Shown: piece by piece, positions 16,329-23,548 of the stretch | Numbering within the stretch: position 1 is the stretch's first letter | Layout of the letters: every line of letters begins with the position of its first letter | IMG/VR virus record: IMGVR_UViG_3300043473_000203 | Coordinates: 1-44,343 of that record | Strand: one strand, 5' to 3' | DNA length: 44,343 bases | From: a virus | Lineage: Duplodnaviria > Caudoviricetes | Translations under genes and position numbers: made by a program | The notes under the pieces: generated by a model | Told to the model about the DNA's origin: nothing | The model's input: the letters and a program-made list of their open reading frames with translations, nothing else | Database searches by the model: none

Positions 16329-16588
16329 TGGACCGGCGCGCGTTCCTGGTGGCGCTGCTCGGGTCAGGCCTGGGCGGCGGCGTGGCGCGCACTTATTTCG
16401 ACGTCGGTCCGGCGTGGCAGCGGCACGCGAGCGGGTTGGTTGTGCCGGACACGCTCGTCGGCGTGGACGTGGCGACTGGTATGGCGATTCGGTTCGTCCG
16501 GCAGTGGGACGTGAAGACCGAATGGTCAAACCGAATGTGGGTGTGGGTCACCGTACCGGAGCTCGCCGGGAGTATCGTGGCGCCATGA
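16325..16588 (+). CDS. Tat-signal protein with a capsid-like beta-hairpin fragment
   Basis: MMDRRAFLVALLG; GMAIRFVRQWDVKTE resembles the capsid segment GMSIRMIRAYDINTD. Confidence 0.65.
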   Translation: MMDRRAFLVALLGSGLGGGVARTYFDVGPAWQRHASGLVVPDTLVGVDVATGMAIRFVRQWDVKTEWSNRMWVWVTVPELAGSIVAP

Positions 16589-16782
16589 CGGACCAGGAGC
16601 TGCTCGACCAAATTCTCCACCGGGGCCACAAGTACGCGAACCAGCAGAGCGACGTGCGGCTGCGCAAGTTCGCGCGGCATGTGCGCGATAAGGAGCACCT
16701 CGTCCGACTGATGAATCAGGTGGAGGATGTGAGCCTGCGCGCGTCGCTGACCGACCGCCTGCGGCCGCTCGTGAAAGACTGA
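16585..16782 (+). CDS. small helical protein, paralog of 15369..15581
   Basis: ATGA coupling; shared motif. Confidence 0.65.
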   Translation: MTDQELLDQILHRGHKYANQQSDVRLRKFARHVRDKEHLVRLMNQVEDVSLRASLTDRLRPLVKD

Positions 16783-16786
16783 ACCG

Positions 16787-17557
16787 ATGAGCCGGTACCT
16801 TGCCAATGTGACGTGGGACGAGGTCCCGCATCTCAGCGAATCTGAGAAGACCGAGCTCTGGAAGGCGATTCCCGCCTATCAGCGCAAGGCCCGCAGCAAG
16901 GGCATTCCGGTCCTGGGCAAGGGCGTCATCTACCCGTTCGATGAGGAGCGCGTCAAGGTCACGCCGTTCCCGATTCCCCGGCACTGGCCGCGCTGTTTCG
17001 GGCTCGATTCCGACGCGGGCGCGGGGGTCACCGCGATTGTGTGGGGCGCCTGGGACCGGGAGTCGAGCACGGTCTATCTGACGCACGACTACAAGAGCGA
17101 CAGCCGCAGCAAGGCCGACCACGTCGAGGCGCTGCGCGCGAAGGGCACGAAGAAAAACCCGCTCTGGATACCGGGCGTGGGCGATGCCAAGGGCCTCGTG
17201 GTGACCGAAAAGGACAGCATCCAGGTCATCAAAATCTACCAGGAGGCGGGCGTCGATATTTCGTTCCCGGACAAGAGTGTCGAGGCGGGGATTCAGGACG
17301 TCTACGACCTCATCAACACGGGGAAATTCAAGGTCTTTTCGAGCTGTTCCGACTACTTCACGGAGTTCCGGATGTATCACCGGAACGAGAAGGGCGTCAT
17401 CGTGAAGGCGAACGACCACCTGATGGACGCGAAGCGCTACATGGTGCGCAGTGGCCTGGGCGTCTCGCGCGTGGCGCCGACCGAGGACGTCGAAGACCTC
17501 GTGCAGCGGCTCGTCTACGACGAGGGTTCGCAGGGCACGGGGTGGATGAGCACGTAA
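16787..17557 (+). CDS. terL: terminase large subunit, C-terminal part (ATPase lid plus RNase H-like nuclease)
   Basis: TWDEVPHL, R.KGIPVLG.G.IYP, FGLD, FKVFSSC, EFRMYHR, NDHLMDAKRY as in the P22 gp2 C-terminal half. Confidence 0.92.
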   Translation: MSRYLANVTWDEVPHLSESEKTELWKAIPAYQRKARSKGIPVLGKGVIYPFDEERVKVTPFPIPRHWPRCFGLDSDAGAGVTAIVWGAWDRESSTVYLTHDYKSDSRSKADHVEALRAKGTKKNPLWIPGVGDAKGLVVTEKDSIQVIKIYQEAGVDISFPDKSVEAGIQDVYDLINTGKFKVFSSCSDYFTEFRMYHRNEKGVIVKANDHLMDAKRYMVRSGLGVSRVAPTEDVEDLVQRLVYDEGSQGTGWMST

Positions 17558-17875
17558 ATGGATGACGTGGTAGACCTTGCGGCGGTTCGGGCGCAGCGTG
17601 ACACGGAACGGCGCACGCGCGAAGCGTCGGTGCGCGCGGACGGCTCCCTCTGGACGGTGGCGGACATGTTAGCGGACGCGCAGGCGATACTGGCCTCCGG
17701 CGAGCGCCGCATGGTGAAGGGGGTCTTCGTCTACCTGTATGAGGTGCCGTCGGCCACAGGCAACGGGACCGCGTTCAAGGTCGGGTTCAGTCAGGCGGGG
17801 ATGGCGCGAGCGGAAGAGGTTGGATTCCTCGCGTTGGCGCAGAAGTGCGCGATTGACGATTGGCAAGAAGGATGA
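17558..17875 (+). CDS. hypothetical protein
   Basis: Abuts the terL-C stop. Confidence 0.65.
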   Translation: MDDVVDLAAVRAQRDTERRTREASVRADGSLWTVADMLADAQAILASGERRMVKGVFVYLYEVPSATGNGTAFKVGFSQAGMARAEEVGFLALAQKCAIDDWQEG

Positions 17876-17879
17876 GCAC

Positions 17880-17972
17880 ATGAACCTCGCGCGCGTGCTG
17901 ATGTTCTGTGCGTTCGGGTCGATGGTGGCGACGTTCGTGCTCGGGCTGGTGATGGGGTGGCTCTGGAAATGA
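17880..17972 (+). CDS. small membrane peptide
   Basis: AAGGA SD; 30 aa, hydrophobic. Confidence 0.5.
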   Translation: MNLARVLMFCAFGSMVATFVLGLVMGWLWK

Positions 17973-18481
17973 ACCGGCGGTCGTTTCTGTCGTTGTTGGG
18001 TATGGCGGGCGGCGCGCTCGCGTTCGGGCTCCCGGCGGGCGTCGAGGCGGTGACCTACGACGTGGCGCGGCTCCAGGACATCGGCCCTGGCGCGGTAAAC
18101 CTGCAGGCGATTACCGAGGAGGTGCTGCGGCTGTTTCTGCACGAGCTGCGCGGGGGGCCGCGTCTGACGCCGCCACCGAGCGACTGGTGCTGGCGGTACA
18201 ACGATGTCCAGCAGTTCGGCTGCGCCATCCGCCTAGACCCAGACGAAGAGATTCATCGTCTTGGGCATTTACACCCGCTTGCGTGGAATCTGGCCGACCG
18301 CGTCGTGCGCGACCAGCGGAACACTATGTTCGGCGCGCCGCCGATTCCTGTGGGTGACTTTTCGATGTTCCACTTTGTGCGCGCAGAGCTGGATGGGGCG
18401 TCGCTGCGGGGTGCCCGCTCCTACGACGTCGAGACGAACGCGTTTGAGCTGCGGTTCGACATTCTCGGAGGGCGCGGATGA
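17969..18481 (+). CDS. Tat-signal mini-capsid (P-domain-like) paralog
   Basis: MNRRSFLSLLG...VEA signal; three collinear blocks matching the major capsid protein. Confidence 0.75.
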   Translation: MNRRSFLSLLGMAGGALAFGLPAGVEAVTYDVARLQDIGPGAVNLQAITEEVLRLFLHELRGGPRLTPPPSDWCWRYNDVQQFGCAIRLDPDEEIHRLGHLHPLAWNLADRVVRDQRNTMFGAPPIPVGDFSMFHFVRAELDGASLRGARSYDVETNAFELRFDILGGRG

Positions 18482-19140
18482 CGGTCGGCACGCGCAGTGT
18501 GCTCTACGGCGCGCACTGCTTCTTCATCCACCCCTGGTTCGTGGCCTGGGCGTGGTGGCAGCTCTACGGGTTCCCGTGGGACCCACGCCTCTGGTTCGCG
18601 TTCTTCCTTCACGACATCGGCTACATCGGCAAGCCCAACATGGACGGCCCCGAGGGCGAGCGGCACCCGATTGTCGGCGCCATCCTGATGCGCGACCTGT
18701 TCGATTGGACGCGGACCGACCGCGTCGTGGGCATGACGGGTGACGTCGTGGACGGCGCGGAGGAATTTGGCTACTGGGGCATGTTCACGCTGTTGCACTC
18801 GCGCTACTTCTCGAAGCGGCTCGGGGTGGCGCCGTCGCGGCTGTGCGTGGCCGACAAGCTGGCGACCTACCTGACGCCCGCGTGGCTCTATCTACCGATG
18901 GTGCGGGCAACTGGCGAGATTGACGAGTATCGGGCGCACGCGGTGCATCGGGTGAAGGGCAACGAACGGCTCTCGCAGGCGGAGCGCGACCAGCTCCTGG
19001 GCGACGAGCGCAGCTGGTTCGTGGGGGTGCAGGGTTACTGCGCGCGGTGGGCCTGGGCGCACCGGGACGACCAGTACGATACGTGGACCCAGGACCCTGG
19101 GCAACGGGCGGTACAGGACCCGTCAGGGACGTGGCGGTGA
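18478..19140 (+). CDS. HD-domain phosphohydrolase-like protein
   Basis: IHP, LHDIG, RHP..GA, LHS, ADKL motifs. Confidence 0.7.
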   Translation: MTVGTRSVLYGAHCFFIHPWFVAWAWWQLYGFPWDPRLWFAFFLHDIGYIGKPNMDGPEGERHPIVGAILMRDLFDWTRTDRVVGMTGDVVDGAEEFGYWGMFTLLHSRYFSKRLGVAPSRLCVADKLATYLTPAWLYLPMVRATGEIDEYRAHAVHRVKGNERLSQAERDQLLGDERSWFVGVQGYCARWAWAHRDDQYDTWTQDPGQRAVQDPSGTWR

Positions 19141-19146
19141 CGTGAG

Positions 19147-19236
19147 GTGCCTTCGGGCACGCTGGTGAACGTCGTGTTCGTGGTGGGGCTGGTGTTGGCG
19201 CTGGTGGGGCTGCTGATTTTCATTGCTGCGTTGTGA
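19147..19236 (+). CDS. small membrane peptide
   Basis: Translated by hand, 29 aa, hydrophobic. Confidence 0.35.
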   Translation: MPSGTLVNVVFVVGLVLALVGLLIFIAAL

Positions 19237-19260
19237 GGAGACGAACCCTCGTGCTAAGCT
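19231..19260 (+). promoter_or_regulatory. promoter upstream of the portal operon
   Basis: TTGTGA-18 nt-TAAGCT with extended -10 TG. Confidence 0.45.
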
Positions 19261-19298
19261 GCGCGCGGCGCATCAGTCAGTATAGCTAGGAGAACACC

Positions 19299-19436
19299 GT
19301 GAAGGGACAAATGGCGCCGACCGAGCGAGGCACCTCGCCGGACAAGACCCCGATGTCGCAAATCAAGACGCTGGCTGGCGGGAAGGTAGACGCTGGCGGC
19401 GGGAAGCAGACCGCACCCTCGATTCCGAAGAAGTAA
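19299..19436 (+). CDS. small basic disordered peptide before portal
   Basis: AGGAGA SD; 45 aa, translated by hand. Confidence 0.55.
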   Translation: MKGQMAPTERGTSPDKTPMSQIKTLAGGKVDAGGGKQTAPSIPKK

Positions 19437-19439
19437 CCG

Positions 19440-22028
19440 GTGTCGGACGGCTCAACGGAGCTGGTCACAGCGGACGCGCGCCTGAACCTGACTCCGGGGT
19501 TCGTAGAGGCGTCCAGTCCCCGTAAGCGCGCGAAGCCCGAGAAGACCAACGATGAGGTCTTTTTGCGGTTGGCGCAGACGCGTTTTCGGACCGCAGCGGA
19601 CACCGAGTCCAAGATGCGGGTCGAAATGCTCACGGACCAGAAGTTCATGGCGTCCGAGCAGTGGCCGGACACCGTGCGGACCGACCGCGACCTCGACGGC
19701 CGTCCCTGCCTGACCGTCAACCGGCTGCCGAATTTCAAGCGGCAGGTCACCAACCAGCAGCGGCAGGCCAAACCGGCCATCCAAATCAGCCCGATTGACA
19801 ATTCCGACACCGCGACGGCTGAGGTATTCCAAGGCGTCATTCGTCACATCGAGACGCAGAGCTACGCCGACATCGCGTATGACACGGCGTGCGACCAGCA
19901 GGTCACCATCGGGCGCGGCTACTTCCGGTTGGTGGTGGACTGGGACAAGCAGGAGCCCTGGCAGCAGGACATCCGCATCAAGCGCATCCGGAACCCGTTT
20001 TGCGTCTACTTCGACCCGTCGTGTCAGGAGTTCGACTACTCCGACGCCCGCTACTGTTTCATCATCGAGGACATCCCGAAGGACGAGTACACGGCCCGCT
20101 ACGGCGCCGAGACGATGCGGAGCCTGGAGAACTTCGCCAGCATCGGGGACCGAGCGCCGGACTGGATGCCCGAGGGCCGTTGCCGCATCGCGGAGTACTT
20201 CTACGTCGAGGAATGGACCGAGGAACGCGCGCTCCTGAGCACCGGCGAGGAGGTGGCAGCGGAAGAGCTGACCTCCGACGAGATGAAGGAGTTCATGCAG
20301 CTGGCGAACGTGCATCTGCTGCGCAAGCGGCTCGTGCAGAAGCGGCAGGTGCGGTGGGCGAAGATTGACGGCGCCCAGGTACTCGAACGGGGTGACTGGG
20401 CGGGCTCGTGGATACCGGTGATTCCGGTCCTGGGCGACGAGTTGGACATCAACGGGCAGGTGGACTATCGCGGGATGGTCCGCGATGCGCGCGACCCGCA
20501 GCGGATGTACAACTACTGGGTCAGCGCCGAGACGGAAACCATCGCGCTCGCGCCGAAAAGCCCGTGGGTGGGCGCCGAAGGCCAGTTCGAGGGCCACGAG
20601 GCCCAGTGGAAGCTCGCCAACAAGCGCAATTTTCCCTACCTGCAGTACAAAATCAAGAGCGTCGGGGACACGCCGCTCCCCGCGCCGCAGCGTCAGACGC
20701 TCGAACCCCCGATTCAAGCCATCGTGATGGCGACGCAGCAGGCCGACAACGACCTGAAGGCCGTCATCGGCTACTACGACGCCAGTTTGGGTAAGGAAGG
20801 CCCAGAATCGAGCGGGAAAGCCATCATCGCCCGGCAGCGCCAGGGCGATATGTCGAATTCGCACTGGATTGACAACCTCGTACGGGCGATGCGGACGCTC
20901 GGACGGCTCCTGGTGGACCTGATTCCGAAGGTCTACGACGCCCCGCGCGTCCTGCGCATCATCGGCGCCGACAATCAGCCCAAAACGGTCATCGTGCATG
21001 CTGGACAGCCCGCTGATTCGCTCCCGCAGAAGAACGAGATGAAGGGCATCGACGGGATTTACGACCTGGGCGCCGGGCGGTTCGACATCGTGGTCAGCGT
21101 GGGCCCCAGTTTCCATTCGCGTCGCCAGGAAGCGGTCGAAGCGATGACCGCGTTTATGAACGCCTACCCACCGGTGGCGCCGGTGATTGGCGACCTGCTC
21201 GCGGAGAGCATGGACTGGCCCGGGGCGAATCTGGTCGCCAAGCGGCTGCGGAAAATGGTCCCGCCGCAGTTCATGGAAGAGGAAGGCGAGGACGCCGACC
21301 TGCCACCGGCGGTGCAGGCCAAGCTCCAGCAGGCCAAACAGGCCGTCCTGGAGATGCAAAAGCAGCTCGAAGAGGCGGTGAAGGTCATCCAGACCAAGCA
21401 GGTCGAGAACCAGGGTCGCGAGAAAATCGTGGCGATGCAGGAGCAGACCAAGCTCCAGCTGGCGGAGATGAACGCGCAGATTACGGCCCAGGAAGCGCAG
21501 TTGAACGCGAGCCTGAAGCTGCAAACCGATGCGCAGGCGGGTCAGCTCAAGCTCCAGGGCGAGTCGCAGCGCGCTCAGTTGAAGGCGCAGACCGACGGGC
21601 AGTCGGCGCAGCTGAAGGCGCAGACCGAGCGGGTGTCCCAAGAGGGGCAGCTCCAGGTGGATGCGCAACGGATGCAGCTGGAGCACGAGCGCGGCCTCGT
21701 GGAGCTCCAGATGGAGCGCGAGCAACAGGCGAGCGAGCTGGAGTTCGAGGCAGCGCGCACGCGGCTCCAGACGCAGGCCGAGGCGCAGCGCTCGGTGGTC
21801 GAACAGCGCGCCCAGGCGGCCGACGCCGCGTCGGGCCGGATGCTGGAACTGGAGCGGCTTCGCGCCGAATTCGAGTTCAAGGCCAAGCTCCAGGAGGACC
21901 AGCAGCTGCACGAGCTCGCGGTCGAGCAGCTGAAGCAGGAGCACGCGCTGGCGATGGAACAGGCTGAGGCGAAGCACGCCAAGGAATTGGAATCGGTGCG
22001 CGTGCGGGCGCGCCGTCCGGCGAAGTAG
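19440..22028 (+). CDS. portal protein, P22 gp1-like, with long C-terminal coiled-coil barrel
   Basis: QW...RPCLTVNRL, GMVRDARDPQRMYNYW, SGKAIIARQRQGD, DIVVSVGPSF.SRRQEA. Confidence 0.95.
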   Translation: MSDGSTELVTADARLNLTPGFVEASSPRKRAKPEKTNDEVFLRLAQTRFRTAADTESKMRVEMLTDQKFMASEQWPDTVRTDRDLDGRPCLTVNRLPNFKRQVTNQQRQAKPAIQISPIDNSDTATAEVFQGVIRHIETQSYADIAYDTACDQQVTIGRGYFRLVVDWDKQEPWQQDIRIKRIRNPFCVYFDPSCQEFDYSDARYCFIIEDIPKDEYTARYGAETMRSLENFASIGDRAPDWMPEGRCRIAEYFYVEEWTEERALLSTGEEVAAEELTSDEMKEFMQLANVHLLRKRLVQKRQVRWAKIDGAQVLERGDWAGSWIPVIPVLGDELDINGQVDYRGMVRDARDPQRMYNYWVSAETETIALAPKSPWVGAEGQFEGHEAQWKLANKRNFPYLQYKIKSVGDTPLPAPQRQTLEPPIQAIVMATQQADNDLKAVIGYYDASLGKEGPESSGKAIIARQRQGDMSNSHWIDNLVRAMRTLGRLLVDLIPKVYDAPRVLRIIGADNQPKTVIVHAGQPADSLPQKNEMKGIDGIYDLGAGRFDIVVSVGPSFHSRRQEAVEAMTAFMNAYPPVAPVIGDLLAESMDWPGANLVAKRLRKMVPPQFMEEEGEDADLPPAVQAKLQQAKQAVLEMQKQLEEAVKVIQTKQVENQGREKIVAMQEQTKLQLAEMNAQITAQEAQLNASLKLQTDAQAGQLKLQGESQRAQLKAQTDGQSAQLKAQTERVSQEGQLQVDAQRMQLEHERGLVELQMEREQQASELEFEAARTRLQTQAEAQRSVVEQRAQAADAASGRMLELERLRAEFEFKAKLQEDQQLHELAVEQLKQEHALAMEQAEAKHAKELESVRVRARRPAK

Positions 22029-22029
22029 T

Positions 22030-22038
22030 TGATATACT
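22030..22038 (+). promoter_or_regulatory. extended -10 promoter for scaffold/capsid genes
   Basis: TGaTATACT right after the portal stop. Confidence 0.5.
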
Positions 22039-22062
22039 GCGCCGCTGTGAAAGAAGGTTCGT

Positions 22063-23292
22063 GTGGCTGACGACGACATCACTCTCGCCTCCACCAGCGA
22101 TAGTCTCGAAGAGGTCCAGGCCGCGCTCGGGTATCCGCCGCCTGCTGTAGCGGCCGCTGCGGCGGCGGCGGCGCCCGCGACCGACGTCCCGACCACCTCG
22201 AAGACGCCGGTCGCCCCGCCGCCGCCCGCGCCAGCGGATGATGCGCCTGCGGACGAGGAACCTGCCGCGCCTGCGGAGGGTGACGAGGAAGCACCGCCTG
22301 ACGAAGAGGCGGCGGCCGACGACACGGCCGACGAGGCGACGGATGACCAGCCTGCGACGCCAAAGCCGCCGCGCCGGAACCGGCTCCAGGAGCGGCTGAA
22401 CGCGCTCTCGCGCGAGGCCTATGCCGCCAAGGGGCGCGAGGCGGCCAAGGAAGCGGAGAATGTGGCGCTGCGCGCCCGGCTCGCGGAGCTGGCGACTGGT
22501 CGCACGCCCGCACCTGCTGCCGAACCCGGCCAGCCCGCCCCGGCGGCCCCGGAGACGGTCGCGCCCGAGCCGAGTCCGGACGACTACCCCACCTACGACG
22601 CCTACACCAAGGCTATGGCGCAGTGGGCGGCCAAGAGCGTGGCCCAGCAGGTGGTCGAGGAGCACGCGCAGAAGACGCAGGCCGACGAGGCTGCTGCGCG
22701 CCGCGCTGAGGCGATGCAGGTCGTCAACGCGCGCTACAACGAGCAGCTGAACGTGGTGCGCGAGAAGTACGACGACTTCGCGGAGGTCACCGCGAACGAC
22801 GAGGTGCGGGTGACGCAGATTTTCGCGGACGGGATGAAGCTGAGTCCCGTGGGCGCGGAGATGTTGTATTACCTCGCCAAGAACCCTGAGTACGCCGCGC
22901 AGGTTCATAAGTTGGGCAACGGCCCGCACGCGGCGCGAGAGTTCGGCAAGTTGGAGGCCCGGCTGGAAATGGCGCTGGGCCTCGATGAGAAGGCCGGAGA
23001 CGGCGGGGACGCGGCATCTGGTGCGCCAACTGGTCGTCCTCGTTCTGAGGTAGCAACGCCGTCTCCGGCCCCTCGTCGTGCGACGGCGCCGCACGGCGGG
23101 AATGGCAACGGGAATGGGAACGGCACCGCCGCTCCTGTGGCGGCGCGGCCGCGCGTGGTGACGAAGGCGCCGGACCCGATTCGACCGATTGACGGCGGGA
23201 ACGTGGTTTCAACCAAGCCGCCGGACCAGATGAGTTTTCAGGAATTCAAGGCGTACCGGAACCGGCAGATTCGCGAGGCGGCCGGACGCTAG
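22063..23292 (+). CDS. scaffolding protein
   Basis: Acidic/Pro-rich N-terminus, RLQERLNAL coiled coil, P.PDDY.TYDAY, YDDF, LYYLAKNPE, terminal MSFQEFKAYR; between portal and coat. Confidence 0.85.
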   Translation: MADDDITLASTSDSLEEVQAALGYPPPAVAAAAAAAAPATDVPTTSKTPVAPPPPAPADDAPADEEPAAPAEGDEEAPPDEEAAADDTADEATDDQPATPKPPRRNRLQERLNALSREAYAAKGREAAKEAENVALRARLAELATGRTPAPAAEPGQPAPAAPETVAPEPSPDDYPTYDAYTKAMAQWAAKSVAQQVVEEHAQKTQADEAAARRAEAMQVVNARYNEQLNVVREKYDDFAEVTANDEVRVTQIFADGMKLSPVGAEMLYYLAKNPEYAAQVHKLGNGPHAAREFGKLEARLEMALGLDEKAGDGGDAASGAPTGRPRSEVATPSPAPRRATAPHGGNGNGNGNGTAAPVAARPRVVTKAPDPIRPIDGGNVVSTKPPDQMSFQEFKAYRNRQIREAAGR

Positions 23293-23310
23293 GCGGCTAA
23301 CGGGGCAAGA

Positions 23311-23540
23311 CCCTCTTTCGCTGTTGTCGCACTGGGCAGCGAGCGGAGGGCGGGCACGACCACAGTGTGTTTGCATCCCTCCCCGGGATGTTCGCGGTCT
23401 TCGGGCCGTGTGAGAGCGCTTCGCAGCTGCGCTGAGCAGTTGTGCCAAGCCGGACCAGTGGCTCCGGTGCGCAAAAAGCCTACGTCGTTCGAGGTCTGGG
23501 GCACCCCGCTCCAGGCGAGACGTGACTTTTTCTCACACGG
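23311..23540 (+). ncRNA. structured leader of the major capsid mRNA
   Basis: Several hairpins including a cUUCGg loop; 10-bp long-range helix reaching into the SD. Confidence 0.5.
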
Positions 23541-23548
23541 AGTTCGAC

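Noticed and set aside
12899-16786. Intron, intein or mobile element interrupting terL
   Set aside because: No intein terminal residues, homing endonuclease, reverse transcriptase, transposase or flanking repeats seen; the gap holds ordinary coupled genes. The 3888-nt gap being a multiple of 3 is a one-in-three chance.
19452-22325. 957-aa minus-strand ORF
   Set aside because: Antisense shadow of the portal gene, caused by codon bias.
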